Source: Antedon mediterranea (taxonomy: Eukaryota > Animalia > Echinodermata). Taken from it: a stretch of DNA of 64,000 nucleotides. The stretch's first letter is position 1. Each line of letters starts with the position of its first letter. The position numbers and the translations under genes were made by a program. The DNA lies in contig NC_092676.1 of the NCBI RefSeq assembly GCF_964355755.1, positions 8,285,888 through 8,349,887 on the forward strand, in the 5' to 3' direction. Below the pieces are notes generated by a model, which worked only from the letters and a program-made list of their open reading frames with translations, did not search any database and was not told the DNA's origin. Shown here in pieces: positions 51,838-64,000 of this stretch.

Positions 51838-52052
51838 ACAGTTATGAGTTCCTATCTTGGCAAGGCGAGCTCAGTGTCCTTTTGCCTTGCTAATACCATG
51901 GAGGAATTTAAATCATTCCTCCATGCCAATTATTACATTGTTAGAGTTCTTTCTGTTTTTGATTGTACTGTATAAGAAATTCTGTGGTGAAAACTTAAAT
52001 AAATGATTCTTTGTTATTTTCAGTAATATTTGAAGTGTTGAGAGGCCTGACA

Positions 52053-53204
52053 ATGTTACTTCTACTCCTATTCGCAATCCCTGTTGTTTCTGGTCTGAAC
52101 TGCACAACACTTGCAAGTTTGTGTGATTGTACTGATCTGCAAAATAATTTGTTGAAACTTGTATGTAATGGTAAAGGAATACCAGATAAGGAATCCCTAC
52201 CAGACAACACAGCCGAGCTGCATATAAGTGGTAATACCATCGAAAACCTTACAGCACATTTTTTAAACAAAGAAATGTTGCAACTAACGGTTTTAAACCT
52301 GACCAATAATGAGATAAAAGACGTGAATGAAAGTGCCTTCATACATGCAGATTTTAAAGCTCTAGAGGTTCTTATACTGGACAACAATAAATTGGTTTTA
52401 AATGGAAATAGACTTATTAAAGGATTAAACAAATTAAAAACATTGAGTATGAGAAATGCATTTTATAACGGTACATTTGCAAGTCTTGTTGGTACGGCAC
52501 TCCGAAAATCACATACAGCATCATTGGAAAATATAATACTTGATAATAACGATTTCAGTGGTGGACTTCTACCGACAACGTTTAACTTTAGCTTGACCGG
52601 TAAAGGAAGTAAACCGAACATTAAAAGTATATCTTTGCGTAATACATCCCTGGAGATACTGTTCCCAGGGACCTTCAACAAGACACATTTGCCAGGTCTG
52701 ATAAATCTGAGTCTGAGCGACAACAACCTTCAAAATGTCGAAAAAGATGTTGTCAACGATTTTAAACAATTCCCAAACACCACGATCGATTTCTTAGGAA
52801 ACCCTTTCACCTGTAATTGTCGTTTATACAACTTTACTACGTGGATAAACGAAAGTTCTTTTGTCAGTAATCGGGAAAATTACACGTGTAGTGACGAATC
52901 ACCCAAAAGGAACTCTGGTCGAAAACTGTTAGAATTAGATCCTATTAACGACCTCAGAGATTTATGCTATGATATAGAGCCGGAAAATCCAAACGAAACG
53001 CTTTACGCATCGTACATTGCCCTCAGTGTTGTGTTTGGTATTGTAGCTATACTTGCAATGGTTATTCTATTTCTACGGCGAGGTGAGATCAAAGGATATT
53101 TCATGAGAATGTTCAACGTAGCTCACGAAACGCTTAGTGACAAAGGAGGTTACACAGACATGGATAACCCATACATACCAGAGACGCCTGCTGTTGATGT
53201 TTAG
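52053..53204 (+). CDS. TPBG: Trophoblast glycoprotein (5T4/WAIF1)-like single-pass LRR protein, 383 aa
   Basis: Signal peptide, LRRNT, LRRs, LRRCT (GNPFTCNCRL..W..TC), then LYASYIALSVVFGIVAILAMVILFLRRGEIKGYF matching the 5T4 TM/juxtamembrane pattern. ATG at 52053 follows a TTTTCAG acceptor. Confidence 0.8.
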   Translation: MLLLLLFAIPVVSGLNCTTLASLCDCTDLQNNLLKLVCNGKGIPDKESLPDNTAELHISGNTIENLTAHFLNKEMLQLTVLNLTNNEIKDVNESAFIHADFKALEVLILDNNKLVLNGNRLIKGLNKLKTLSMRNAFYNGTFASLVGTALRKSHTASLENIILDNNDFSGGLLPTTFNFSLTGKGSKPNIKSISLRNTSLEILFPGTFNKTHLPGLINLSLSDNNLQNVEKDVVNDFKQFPNTTIDFLGNPFTCNCRLYNFTTWINESSFVSNRENYTCSDESPKRNSGRKLLELDPINDLRDLCYDIEPENPNETLYASYIALSVVFGIVAILAMVILFLRRGEIKGYFMRMFNVAHETLSDKGGYTDMDNPYIPETPAVDV

Positions 53205-53437
53205 TTATTAGGTAAGTTACAGTACAATGGTACAGATTCCATAAAAAAACAGACTGAACCAGTGGAGTAACGCAGATGTGTGAGGCCCTGGTTTATGGAC
53301 TCTTAACTATTAAATTGGCTTTCAAATGATGGAGACCTCTGGCGTTTAACCTTTTTCGACATATTTAATGCTTTTTTTTTCTCTCCGGGCCATACTCAAG
53401 GGCCCCTACTGTATAAGCTCCTGGACCCCTGATATTA

Positions 53438-56019
53438 GGGTCATTCCATCTCAGTTCACCCAAAAAAAATGGAATTTTAAACCCTACCTCTTCCAATTTT
53501 GATGAAATTTGGTATATGGGTGATTCATAGCAATTAAAGCCAAAATTTCAAATTTTAACTTTATCGGACCAACGGTTTTCGAGATATCGCAATTTCAATT
53601 TTCGGTTTTTACGCAAAAAAGCGCGCGGCCGCCACGTTTCAAAGAGCTGTATCTCGGGAACTATAGGTTCGATTTTAAAAACAAAGGTATTTTTGTAAAG
53701 GGGAGACCATAAGGAACCTAAATATACTAATTGTGTGTGTTTTATGTTAATTTTAAGTTGAATAAAACTTTGACATATATTTTGACCTTGAAATTGACCC
53801 CGTGGAACACGCCCGATTTGTTGGTGACTATCACGAAAAATGTAGCCCTACGTGACAACTACAACATATAAAAAAATTGGAGGGGTTTTTTTCTTTGTTT
53901 CCATGAAATTACAATTTGAAGTTGACATACCTCTTCCTTTTAGTGTATTTTTGGTGTTGTTATACTTATACACAGTGTGAACACTAACTGTTAAGGTGTC
54001 TTATTGTTACGCTTTCTCATCAGGCCCACTTAAACAGTAGATGTATTTTGATATGAGAAATACTGGGTAACTCACATACTTTTCAAATCAATTTTGACAC
54101 ATAGTTTAGTGTCCTTACTATGTTATTATGCACATTAACATATGCATAATAAGTGATTGCAGAGAACATACAACAGTTACTGTATATGCCTTTTTAAAGG
54201 TTGTCATCCCCTATATAAAAACAAAACTACCAACCATGAAAAAAGTTCATTATTTCACAGATGGATGTGGCGGCCAATACAAAAACAAATATAACTTTAT
54301 TAACCTTTGCCACTACCAGGAAGATTTTGGTTTAGACGCAGAGTGGAATTTTTTTGCTACATCACATGGCAAGAGTGCGTGTGATGGCATAGGTGGAACA
54401 GTTAATAGGCTTGTCACTAAGAGAAGCTTACAGCGTTTGACTGAATGTCATATTATCACATCTCTCAGTATGTTCGACTACTGTGTAATTTTTTATTTCT
54501 ATTTTATGTCTTTAGGCAATGTGGCCAAGGATTATCAATAGTGAATTAGTCACTGTCCTATCAGATAGGTGGTAATCCCCCTGATACAGGGGCTATTGTG
54601 TGAACCAGTTCACCGGGGTAACCCCCTACTCTTTTTCGAATAATGAACTGGGTCCTTTAAAGTACACACATGTTATAACTGTGTACACTGGACTATGGTT
54701 TATAGTCCTTATCCGAGAAGACTTGAAGAGAGGAGCGAGTCGGCCTCGAACCCTTGCCGATGTTGTTTTCTTTTAGGTACGGTAAACGGCGCCCCTGCCT
54801 TAACCGCTCGGCCATATGACTCGCTCATATGGACATTCCAGGCATCAACTTTTTTCATGTGGGAATAGATGAGGTATCTACTGTAGAAAAAGAAATAAAG
54901 CCGAGATTCAACCTCGCCCAGACCATCAAGGGTACATTACAATATCATCGCTTTGTTCCCGTTTCTCTGGCACAGATGCAGGTCTACAAACTTAGTACCC
55001 AGATAAACCCTCCGGATGTGGTAGTGATTCAAGAATCTTTCAGTGATGAAAATGAAATTGTTGCTGATACACAACCCACCATTATTAGACTTAAGAATTT
55101 TGTGTGCTGTAGTTATGATGGTGTCCCATGGATTGGTTTGGTGGTGGATGTCTCACTCTCAGAAGAGTTTGGGGATTTTCAAATTAAATTTATGCATCCT
55201 CATGGGTCAGCGAAAACCTTTTATTGGCCGTCCAAAGAAGACTGTTGCTGGATTCCTGAATCAAATGTACATTGTATTATAGCCTCTCCGTTTATAAATC
55301 CTCTCCGTTTATAAAATCCTCTTCGACTAGGAATTACAGTATTTCCCAAAATGATCGCCACAACATTTCTAAATACTGTTTGAATTGTCCAGATGACAAG
55401 GAGTAAAGGCCAGACATAGACAATTGTAACATTATAATAATATATTTAGTTTGTAAATAAAATTAATTTTGGAATACATCAAATTGACATTGAAGTAATG
55501 CATGGACAGACACCAAAAATACACTAAAAGGAAGAGGTATGTCAACTTCAAATTGTAATTTCATGGAAACAAAGAAAAAAACCCCTCCAATTTTTTTATA
55601 TGTTGTAGTTGACACGTAGGGCTACATTTTTCATGATAGTCACCAACAAAACGGGCATGTTCCACGGGTCAATTTCAAGGTCAAAATATATGTCAAAGTT
55701 TTATTCAACTTAAAATTAACATAAAACACACACAATTAGTATATTTAGATTCCTTATGGTCTCCCCTTTACAAAAATACCTTTGCTTTTAAAATCGAACC
55801 TATAGTTCCCGAGATACAGCTCTTTGAAACGTGGCGGACGCGCCCTTTTTTGCGTAAAAACCGAAAATTGAAATTGCGATATCTTGAAAACCGTTGGTCC
55901 GATAAAGTTAAAATTTGAAATTTTGGCTTTAATTGCTATGAATCACCCATATACCAAATTTCATCAAAATTGGAAGAGGTAGGGTTTAACTCATTGGGTG
56001 ATCTGAGATGGAATGACCC
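53438..56019 (+). mobile_element. Sola2-like DNA transposon, internally deleted
   Basis: ATTA|GGGTCATTCCATCTCAG ... CTGAGATGGAATGACCC|ATTA; TIRs of about 500 bp; transposase fragment FTDGCGGQYKN..FFATSHGKSACDGIGG (54128-54490) continuing at 54829-55400. Confidence 0.85.
54487..54827 (-). mobile_element. tRNA-derived SINE inserted in the Sola2 transposase
   Basis: Minus-strand A box TGGCCGAGCGGTTAAGG and B box GGTTCGAGGCC; A-rich tail; splits the transposase frame. Confidence 0.7.
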
Positions 56020-56104
56020 ATTAACCACCCGCATAGCCATTACAAATTCTCCCTCCCCACGCTGATGTACAGTAAACTACTGTAACTATACTCAAAATAC
56101 AATA

Positions 56105-58289
56105 CAGTACCAGCGAGAATTACTGCCCAATTCGGACGCGGCAGACGCGGCATGAATACGTCCATGACGCGTCCACTTCGCGTCCATTATATCGACGCGT
56201 CTGACGTGATTTGACCTTAGACCAACGTCCTTTGTGTTTGAGCTAACCGGGAGCTAACCACGCCGGTGTTGACGTAAACAAAAGCTCCGCATTGTTACTG
56301 TACTACAGTTATATTCTGTACGATGTTTTCTCAACCCGTGAAAACCTGTATTAAACGAAATGTATTTTATACTACAGTAGTTAATAACATGCACAAAAAA
56401 ACCTCTAAAAAACGAATTAATGAATAAGTGCGTATAGATACCAGTTCATTAGTACTACAGCTTACTATATGGGCAAGAAAGACTGATTTTTTGTGAGTAA
56501 AATTATTATCGGATGTCAAAAAACTTCTTTGGCACGCCGCCTAAAAAGAAACCGCTGAACGAGACTTGCGGGAAATGCAGTGCTGAAACCACGTGTGCCT
56601 GCCATGCAGTAAAACCACGTGATAGCATATTTACCAAACTCGAACAATCGGCGACCCGAGTGTGTGAAAATATGTTGCTTTCGCTGTCCGAGCGAAGCAA
56701 TGAATTGTGAGTATCGAATGTCAAAAAACTTCTTTGGCACGCCGCCTAAAAAGAAACCGCCGAACGGGACTTGCGGGAAATGTAGTGCTGAAACCACGTG
56801 TGCCTGCCATGCATGCAGTAAAACCACGTGATAGCATATTTACCTAACTCGACCGTTCGGCGACCCGAGTGTGTGAAAAATAGTTTGCTTTCGCTGTCCG
56901 AGCGAAGCAATGAATTTTATATACTAATTAAAAAATCGACACATTGTAATGGACAAAAATGGTGCAGTACATGTAGTTTTGTAACACTATAAATATCCTC
57001 AACCTATTTTTATTCATTATATTAAATTCTAGCACCCGCCCTTGGCTTTTTTGTTTTAAATCGCTTTTGTACCAAGCCTTAATGCCTTTGTGTTGTTCCG
57101 TGTCCTATTGTCTTTTTCTATTCAGTGTATCAAATTCTAACACCCGCCCTTGTTTTTTTGTACCAATTTTGGGGTCTAAGCATAGAGATATTATAGTGAC
57201 AATTTTGGGGTCTAAGCATAGAGATATTATAGTGAACTTCACTATAATATCTCTATGCTTAGACCCCAAAATTGGTACAAAATAACATTAACTAAAAAAA
57301 TATTATTACAGTCATTATTACAACATGGAGGTATACCTCCATGATTACAATTATACAAACACTGTAATCTTAACATGATCAGAGAGGAACATCATTATAG
57401 CGTAAAAAAAATATTTCTTAATATTTATAAGCAAAGCGTACACAGAATGCCTAGTGTTGTACTGTACGTCATCAACAGGGTCATCAACCCGCTTTTCAGC
57501 AGCGGTAGTAGAACATGGTTGCAATATTGCTGGGATCCAATGGAGTAGAAAAATATCACGTGCTCTTTGTTGCGCGCTACTGTATATGACGACCATGGAG
57601 ATATAAATTGACAGTGTACAGTACATACTGTAGGCTACATGATTTTGTTGAGCCTTCTTCCACAGTTTTAACTCATCATATGACATTTAAATATAACTTA
57701 TTTCTCTATGATCATATCAATAATTCAACATGAAATAGAGGCCTCGTTATTAAAAAAATATTCTTCCATAAAATGATTCATATGAACAAAATATACTGTA
57801 TCATGACGATGATTATTGATCGAGCACGCTAGGCCGATCTCAGGCGGTGGTGTACGTGCTAGACAGTGAACCGGCCGGCTAGATCCCACGGCGGGCTAGC
57901 GATGGATATAAACACAGTTTCGCACGAAACTGGCTTTTTGGACGAATTATTCGGCAGATAAAAATAAACACAACACACACAAGTCGTAGGCTAACTTTAT
58001 TTATTTTTTAATCATATTGTTTGTGAATGTGAAAGTATTTTATAAACAAACACCAATACAGCCAACCCTGCTCAACATTCAGGCTTAGTTTTCCGATGTC
58101 ATTTGAATATGAATACGGTCGCGAACAATAACAAAAACAGACTCAGGTAGCGAGGTCACGGCCCGCCCGACAAAAGTGCGTCCAAATCATTGGTTTAGTT
58201 TATGAATGGACGCGTCGTGGACGCAAATTGGACGGACACTCGACGCGTCCGTCGCGTCCAAAAAGGGGCAGTAATTCTCGCTGGTACTG
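56105..58289. mobile_element. TA-target non-autonomous DNA transposon (Tc1/mariner-like)
   Basis: TA|CAGTACCAGCGAGAATTACTGCCC ... GGGCAGTAATTCTCGCTGGTACTG|TA; subterminal GACGCGTC repeats. Confidence 0.8.
56506..56915. repeat. Tandem duplication of about 205 bp (2 copies)
   Basis: TATCGGATGTCAAAAAACTTC...GCGAAGCAATGAATT occurs twice. Confidence 0.9.
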
Positions 58290-59062
58290 TATACATTAGG
58301 TCAATGAAAAAGATTATATCGAGTAAAACAATTAACACACCATTCTCCCTTCAATTCTCCTTTATTCGTACAGTAGTTCCCAAGGTAAGGATGTACAGTA
58401 AGTGAGTTACTGTAAATGTAACCAGTCAGTGGACAGTTTGGATGAAGTCGTGTTATTGGTCAAATTCGGCTATGTTTCAACGTAAATTTGTTGTAAAAAA
58501 TTCATGTGTTTTGACAAATGCCATGTTCAGTTTTATTCAATACATCAAAATCGGGTCGCAGGGATGTCATCATGAATTAACTTAGATCTGTAACCGTATT
58601 TGACGGGTAAACTGCTACTAATCTACAGTAATTTTCAAATTTTAAGTGCCGTAAGTAAATCAAATATATTTACTGTAACTGGATACTGGATAATGATTAT
58701 TAATATTAAACATTCCTTTTATAAATAAAAACATGATTATATAATTATCAACAGAGAGTCACCTAGTTATATAGTAAAGTAATACTGTAGTAGTGACATG
58801 GACCTATAAATTGTCCATGATACTGTAGTAGACGCAGTGTTCTATCAATATTAATTTTCTATAATAGAAACACAACTGGTATGGTATAAAGGCCTCACAG
58901 CATGTTAAATGCCATAGAGGAAATAGGCTTTGCTTTACTGATACTGATGTCATTTTCACTAATTCAATAAGACTGAATTATTTGTTAATTTTACATACAG
59001 TACACTACTTAGTATATTCATGGATCTATAAATTAGATCTAGATCTAATTAATAGGTCCTAA

Positions 59063-59768
59063 CGCCCGTATTCTTAAACCGGACTACCGGTCGTAGTTCG
59101 AGCTAAAACTTTAAAAATTATGTCATTTTAATTCATAAACCGAACTTCAACTAAATCGCCGACTAATTCAGGCCAACCTCGACTAAATCGAGACGGATTT
59201 TGATCGATTTTTTTAGTCCTGGAGTTGGCAGGCTAAATGGTTGACTAAATGGTTTTTAAACGTTGTTTATGTAAAAACGTAACAGTCATTGAGTTGTTAT
59301 ATTGGCCAGATATTGAAGAATGAAATATCTATTTTTATATTAGCTTAATTAAATATATACATTGGTATAAGTTATAATAATGAAAATCATCTTTATTTAC
59401 AACCGTATACAAATTACATTATTTTCTTCGCGCAAGTCCGACTTGAACTACGTCACGTCATAGCGACAATGGCAGATGCACGCGATGGAATGTTAAGGGG
59501 GCCTAGCGCTTTCTTGTCACGCTATGAAGTGTGTGGTTTGTCGCGATCATACTTAGTTGGGGGCCTAGAAAATATAAAAGTTACTGTACCGCCATGGTTC
59601 CTAAATATATTTTGAAGATTTTGTTTGTTGTTAATCAAAAGTACTTCACTGTTAAATTAATACTGATCTTGTTCTAATAATTAACGATTACAATTATTTT
59701 TCATGTACAGTATATAGTCCTGATGCGTAAAAAGTGGAAAGTGATATCAATGCGCAAAATTTCGTCTT
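59063..59768. mobile_element. Truncated inverted copy of the Harbinger-like MITE at 43487-44309
   Basis: TAA|CGCCCGTATTCTTAAACCGGAC; colinear reverse complement of about 43700-44309 with a small extra segment. Confidence 0.8.
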
Positions 59769-62700
59769 TTTTGGAGCAAAAAATTATGTTTTACTCCAAA
59801 AATGAGTAGCTAACAGTAGAAATTTAATTTTTTTTTTTACATGGATATACCCAGTGGATTGTACACTACATGATTCAATCACTTTTATGTTGGTTCGGTG
59901 GGGTTTGCTATGTTTTTTTTTTAGGTTTGCGGGGGTTTGCGGGGTTTGCGGTGTTTAGCAATACCCATTCAATCACTTTTATGTTGGTTCAGTGGAGTTT
60001 GCTATGTTTTTTTGGAGGTTTGCGGGGATTTAGCAATACCCATTTTCTAACTCCAAATTCAGATTAATCATAAGTTAAGGAGAATACAATTTTTTATTGA
60101 TAATGTTCCCTGCTACTGTACTGTACCACCATTAAAATGTACTGTAGCTGACATACTCTACTGTACATTACCACAGAATCTAAAGAGAAATGAACGAATA
60201 ATTAAATTATATTATCAATAAATTTAACTATCATTTTGATTTAGATTTCTAGATAGACTTTGTTTCAAGTACTGGTCTTGTATTAAAGAAATATTTATTT
60301 CATTTTTTTTATATGCCATTTTATGTCATGTATTTTATATATTCACATTCATATTTGACCCAAAAAATGGGTCAGAAAACTATTTACCTGAAAAACTGTA
60401 ATTTAAAGAAAAAATAGTCACATTGACTGCCAGCCAATAAGTTTTTGGTTGAGTTTAACCATATATTTCATCTTTTTTACTGTATATGTGAAAACATTTT
60501 TTTTTCTATGGACGTGAATACATCGTTAAACATTCAATAAATCAGGAATCGACCACCGTAAATACTGTATCCTTTAATATTCATAAGCTTTAACATACTC
60601 TAGATACAACATGAAAAACAAGTCAAGCTTTATTGATCAAGCATATCCTAGACACTAAAGAAAACATTGCAAAAAAAACATTGCATGAAATAGATAACAT
60701 GATGTAGTTGTAAAAAAACATTAATGTTTAAATGACATACTGTCCCCGTGTTACAAATCTATTAGAAAAATTAGAACAATCAATAAATTTAAACCCTGTG
60801 GAGATTGTTTTTCATGTATCGTTTGAAAATTTAATGCGTGACGCATGCAAATCGCGGTAGTTGTTTCCTGTCGCTACGGGATTAACTCTTCAAATTCTCA
60901 TCTTCATATCTCTTGTGTCCGTGCCACAAAGTGTGCGTTATTGATTTTTTACAAGTGCCATACTTCGGCGATTCAAGATAAATAGTGGAAATAGATCTAC
61001 TGCAGTAAAAAGATGTAAACAGCAGTTTATAATTGAGTTAAATGTGAAGTGTTTGATTTTGTTATTTGTTCTGCCACAAGTGGTTGAATAATGGCAATAT
61101 ATAATATTACAAGTTATGGATTTTGTTTAAAAATTAACTCTACTTCAAAGCAAGCCTATGTATGTTGTTATCAGTGATGACAATTTTATGAGAATTATGA
61201 ATTGCGACTGAAACACAATATTAAATATTAACTATTTCCCCCCAAATTGACTATGTCAGTGACTGTATCCACGAGAAATAAAAATGGTGAGGTGGTCGCA
61301 AGAAAAGAGAACAATCTCTTTGCGGGCCATAGGGTTGTCAAAGGCCCCTAAAAGTAGTCAGGTTGAAACCGTACAAACCATACTGGTGGCTATGGTCTTG
61401 TTGACGACTGATGACCATAAAATCAACCAACCCCAAATTTTGGAGCAGCATGACAAATTGTTTTATTACTGTAGAGTATTCAATGAAAAAAGGGGGAAAA
61501 TTGTTCAGTTTTTCATCAATGATTCTGTTAAAATATCATTCTTATGTTTAATACTCACTAAAATCTAATTTAGCAATAGAAAAATGTGTGTGTATTTATT
61601 TATTGCTTTGACTAAATTTGCTTTCTTTCAAAATATCTTCAATCTATTAGACAATAATTATCATGTGAACATGAACAAATTACTTTCTTTAATAATGCAA
61701 TTAACTATTGTGCTTTGTTTTTCTTTAGATTAATCAAGGAAAATATAGTTCAGAATGAAGTTGAGGAATTGCAGAACTTGAGTACTGAAGAAGAAAACTG
61801 AATAACGTACTGTTAAACCATGGACCTGGTTAACAACTGTCTCACTATCAAACTAGTTTGACAAAAAACAAATTTGTGCCCAAATATGGTAGTGATATAC
61901 CGTATATACTGTATACCTAAATATGGTAGTGATATGATGTCATCATGTCCATATGTGCACATCACATTTTGTTTTCACATAAAGTTTGATAGTGTAGACT
62001 ACAAAATTAATTACATTTTCCAAGTATTAAGATTACAGAAATCAGGTCTTTTCGAACGATTGTCATTTTGTAATGTTATTTAAACCGAACATTATCAACA
62101 TTTAAATAGATGATCTATTAAATCTTTGTACTGTAACACATTTTACAATTCACCTTGTGAGAACTATTTCTATGAAACCTTGTAATATTAGTAGTGTATT
62201 TAATATTTATTATTATGATATACAGTATGTATATATGCTTTTACAGTATAAGCCCTATAATAGGAGACACCATTGTGACCCTTAAAATCATCCCCTTACT
62301 TGGGGTATCCCCTGAATGGCCATAGTGGTAAAACATATTCTTCTTGTTTGTTTCATTGGAAATTGTCTCCTTAAACTCAACTCGGACAGCTTCATATGAC
62401 GAGGCCCGACAAGACAATTAAACATGCATGTACAGTATATAGTTCTCCCAATAACCTAAAAAACTATCCCTATACGCTATCCCAAGATGACTTGTCTCGT
62501 CGGAATTCAACTCGGAAAACACCAACGAGTTATGCCGTTTCGTCGGGCCTTGTCGTACGATGATGTCCGAGTTGGTTGGCCTTAATATCTACATTCTACT
62601 GTCATGGTTTCTATTTTTATGTAAAAAGGAAAAAAAATACTATACTTAGAAGAAAGGAAAATAGTTTAGAGATCTTGTAGTTATACTGTATTCTCTGAAA

Positions 62701-63243
62701 TAATTGTCTCTAACTGTACAGTAACTTGTAAGTATAGTAAAGTATACAGTGTACTGTATAAAAGTGTATTCACCCTTTCCCAGTTGAATACTACTCTTTT
62801 GAATATTTCTAAAATTGATCCATACTGTATAACACATTACTTAATCTGGCTCTCAGAAGTTGTATATATCAAATTTCTAATGTAAATTCATTGCATGTTG
62901 AGTATTTTAATTAGCTTAATTTTTGTTGACAGTTCCCTTGCCTCGTGAACAGATGTAATTGTGATGTAGCTAGTAACACATGCATGTATTATATCATTGA
63001 GTACACATGTTTTTAAGAGACTGAGAACTAGTAATTGAATACCTTAATTTGAGATTTTAAACTTGATGTTGTACAGTACAAGTATAGTATATGACTTTAT
63101 CTTGCCAAATTTGTATTAGTTTAGATTAGTACCCTTTGCAAAAAGTGTATCAATAAATTTTGAAGAACATTTTGTAATTAGTTGTCATAATTTGGAATAT
63201 TGTTTGTAATTTCATTCATTTTATCCCAGAAACAATTTCAGTA

Positions 63244-63431
63244 AAGCTTGGTTCCCACTAGAACGTAACGCAAGGACATAAACGCAACGCAAACGTTTTA
63301 ACCAATGACAAGCAAAGTTATAGACAGTTAGCAATCACAAGCGAATAAGCCATCGCTTGTGATTGGTCGATTCACTTGCGCTGCGTTGTTACGTCCTCCT
63401 TGTGGTGCATCGCTAGTGGGAGCCACGCTTT
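63244..63431. mobile_element. Short MITE (AAGCTTGGTTCCCACTAG...CTAGTGGGAGCCACGCTT), related to 9960-10130 and 33250-33370
   Basis: Imperfect TIRs, internal CGCAA repeats, shared ACCAATGACAAGC. Confidence 0.6.
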
Positions 63432-63459
63432 AATAAGATTCTGTTTTTACACACATAGA

Positions 63460-63926
63460 TCCGGCTTCTTTTCAAGATAGTATGGGCTTCTTTTCGAAAT
63501 AGACTGTATTTGAATGTCTGATCGTGAAAATGTATGCAACTGTAACAAAATATTAATGACCTTACAACCCTTAATTATCTTAATGATCAAGCCTCATAAT
63601 ATTATGTTTAGTTTTCAAATGGTGTTTTGATTGCATCTTGTATCTTCTTGTCTGCTTCCTTGGCAAATATGTAAAATTTGGCAGGGAATGTCTTAAAATC
63701 ATATTACCGTATTGTAGCAATTTACAGCATTCAATTTGAAAAGAAGCGCCCCTTCTTCAGTTTGCAAACGTAATCTTGAAAAGAAGCCCACTATAGAGTC
63801 CTAAAAGAAGAAGCCCACTATAGAGTCCTAAAAGAAGAAGCCCACTATAGAGTCCTAAAAGAAGAAGCCCATTATAGAGTCCTAAAAGAAGAAGCCACCT
63901 ATGGGATTCTTTTTGAGGTTTTACTG
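63460..63926. mobile_element. Partial copy of the 25829-32620 MITE with an expanded 30-bp repeat (63780-63897)
   Basis: Shares GGCTTCTTTTCAAGATAGTATGGGCTTC and the end GAGGTTTTACTG|TA; AAGAAGCCCACTATAGAGTCCTAAAAGAAG occurs 4 times. Confidence 0.7.
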
Positions 63927-64000
63927 TAATTGTGCTTCAGGTATGATCACCCACCCCAAGTTTTCCACCCAATTTCAATATGCACCACTCAAAAAACAAA

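Noticed and set aside
51913-52769. Minus-strand ORFs overlapping the TPBG-like gene
   Set aside because: Antisense shadows of the long plus-strand CDS with no recognisable motifs.
56513-56831. Cys-rich ORFs MSKNFFGTPPKKK..CGKC..CAC
   Set aside because: They lie in a tandem duplication inside a non-autonomous transposon, and the two copies do not keep the same C-terminal frame.

Overview
AT-rich, intron-containing invertebrate animal DNA, dense in non-autonomous DNA transposons. The main result concerns two blocks that look like complex satellites (about 1.0-6.2 kb and 16.2-24.4 kb). Read on the minus strand, they are tandem arrays of 72-bp, phase-2/phase-2 leucine-rich-repeat (LRR) exons (xLxxNQISTLPANVFDSLTALxxL). 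Their framework codons are almost invariant, while the predicted concave-face codons are hypervariable. The second array lies inside a 10-exon gene (25273->13947, minus) that I assembled by hand in frame. It encodes a predicted 274-aa secreted protein: signal peptide, LRRNT, 7 LRRs and an LGR-hinge-like Cys cap. Extra intact exons, half-exons and degenerate exons lie in and around it, which resembles a VLR-like diversified LRR receptor locus. The window also holds the 3' eight exons of an ACCS-like PLP enzyme (43040-47414, plus) and a single-coding-exon TPBG/5T4-like LRR membrane protein (52053-53204, plus). Mobile elements include decayed LINEs, SINEs, a Helitron and Kolobok-, piggyBac-, Transib-, hAT-, Harbinger-, Tc1/mariner- and Sola2-like elements, several of them nested. 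All gene models are manual predictions without transcript evidence.
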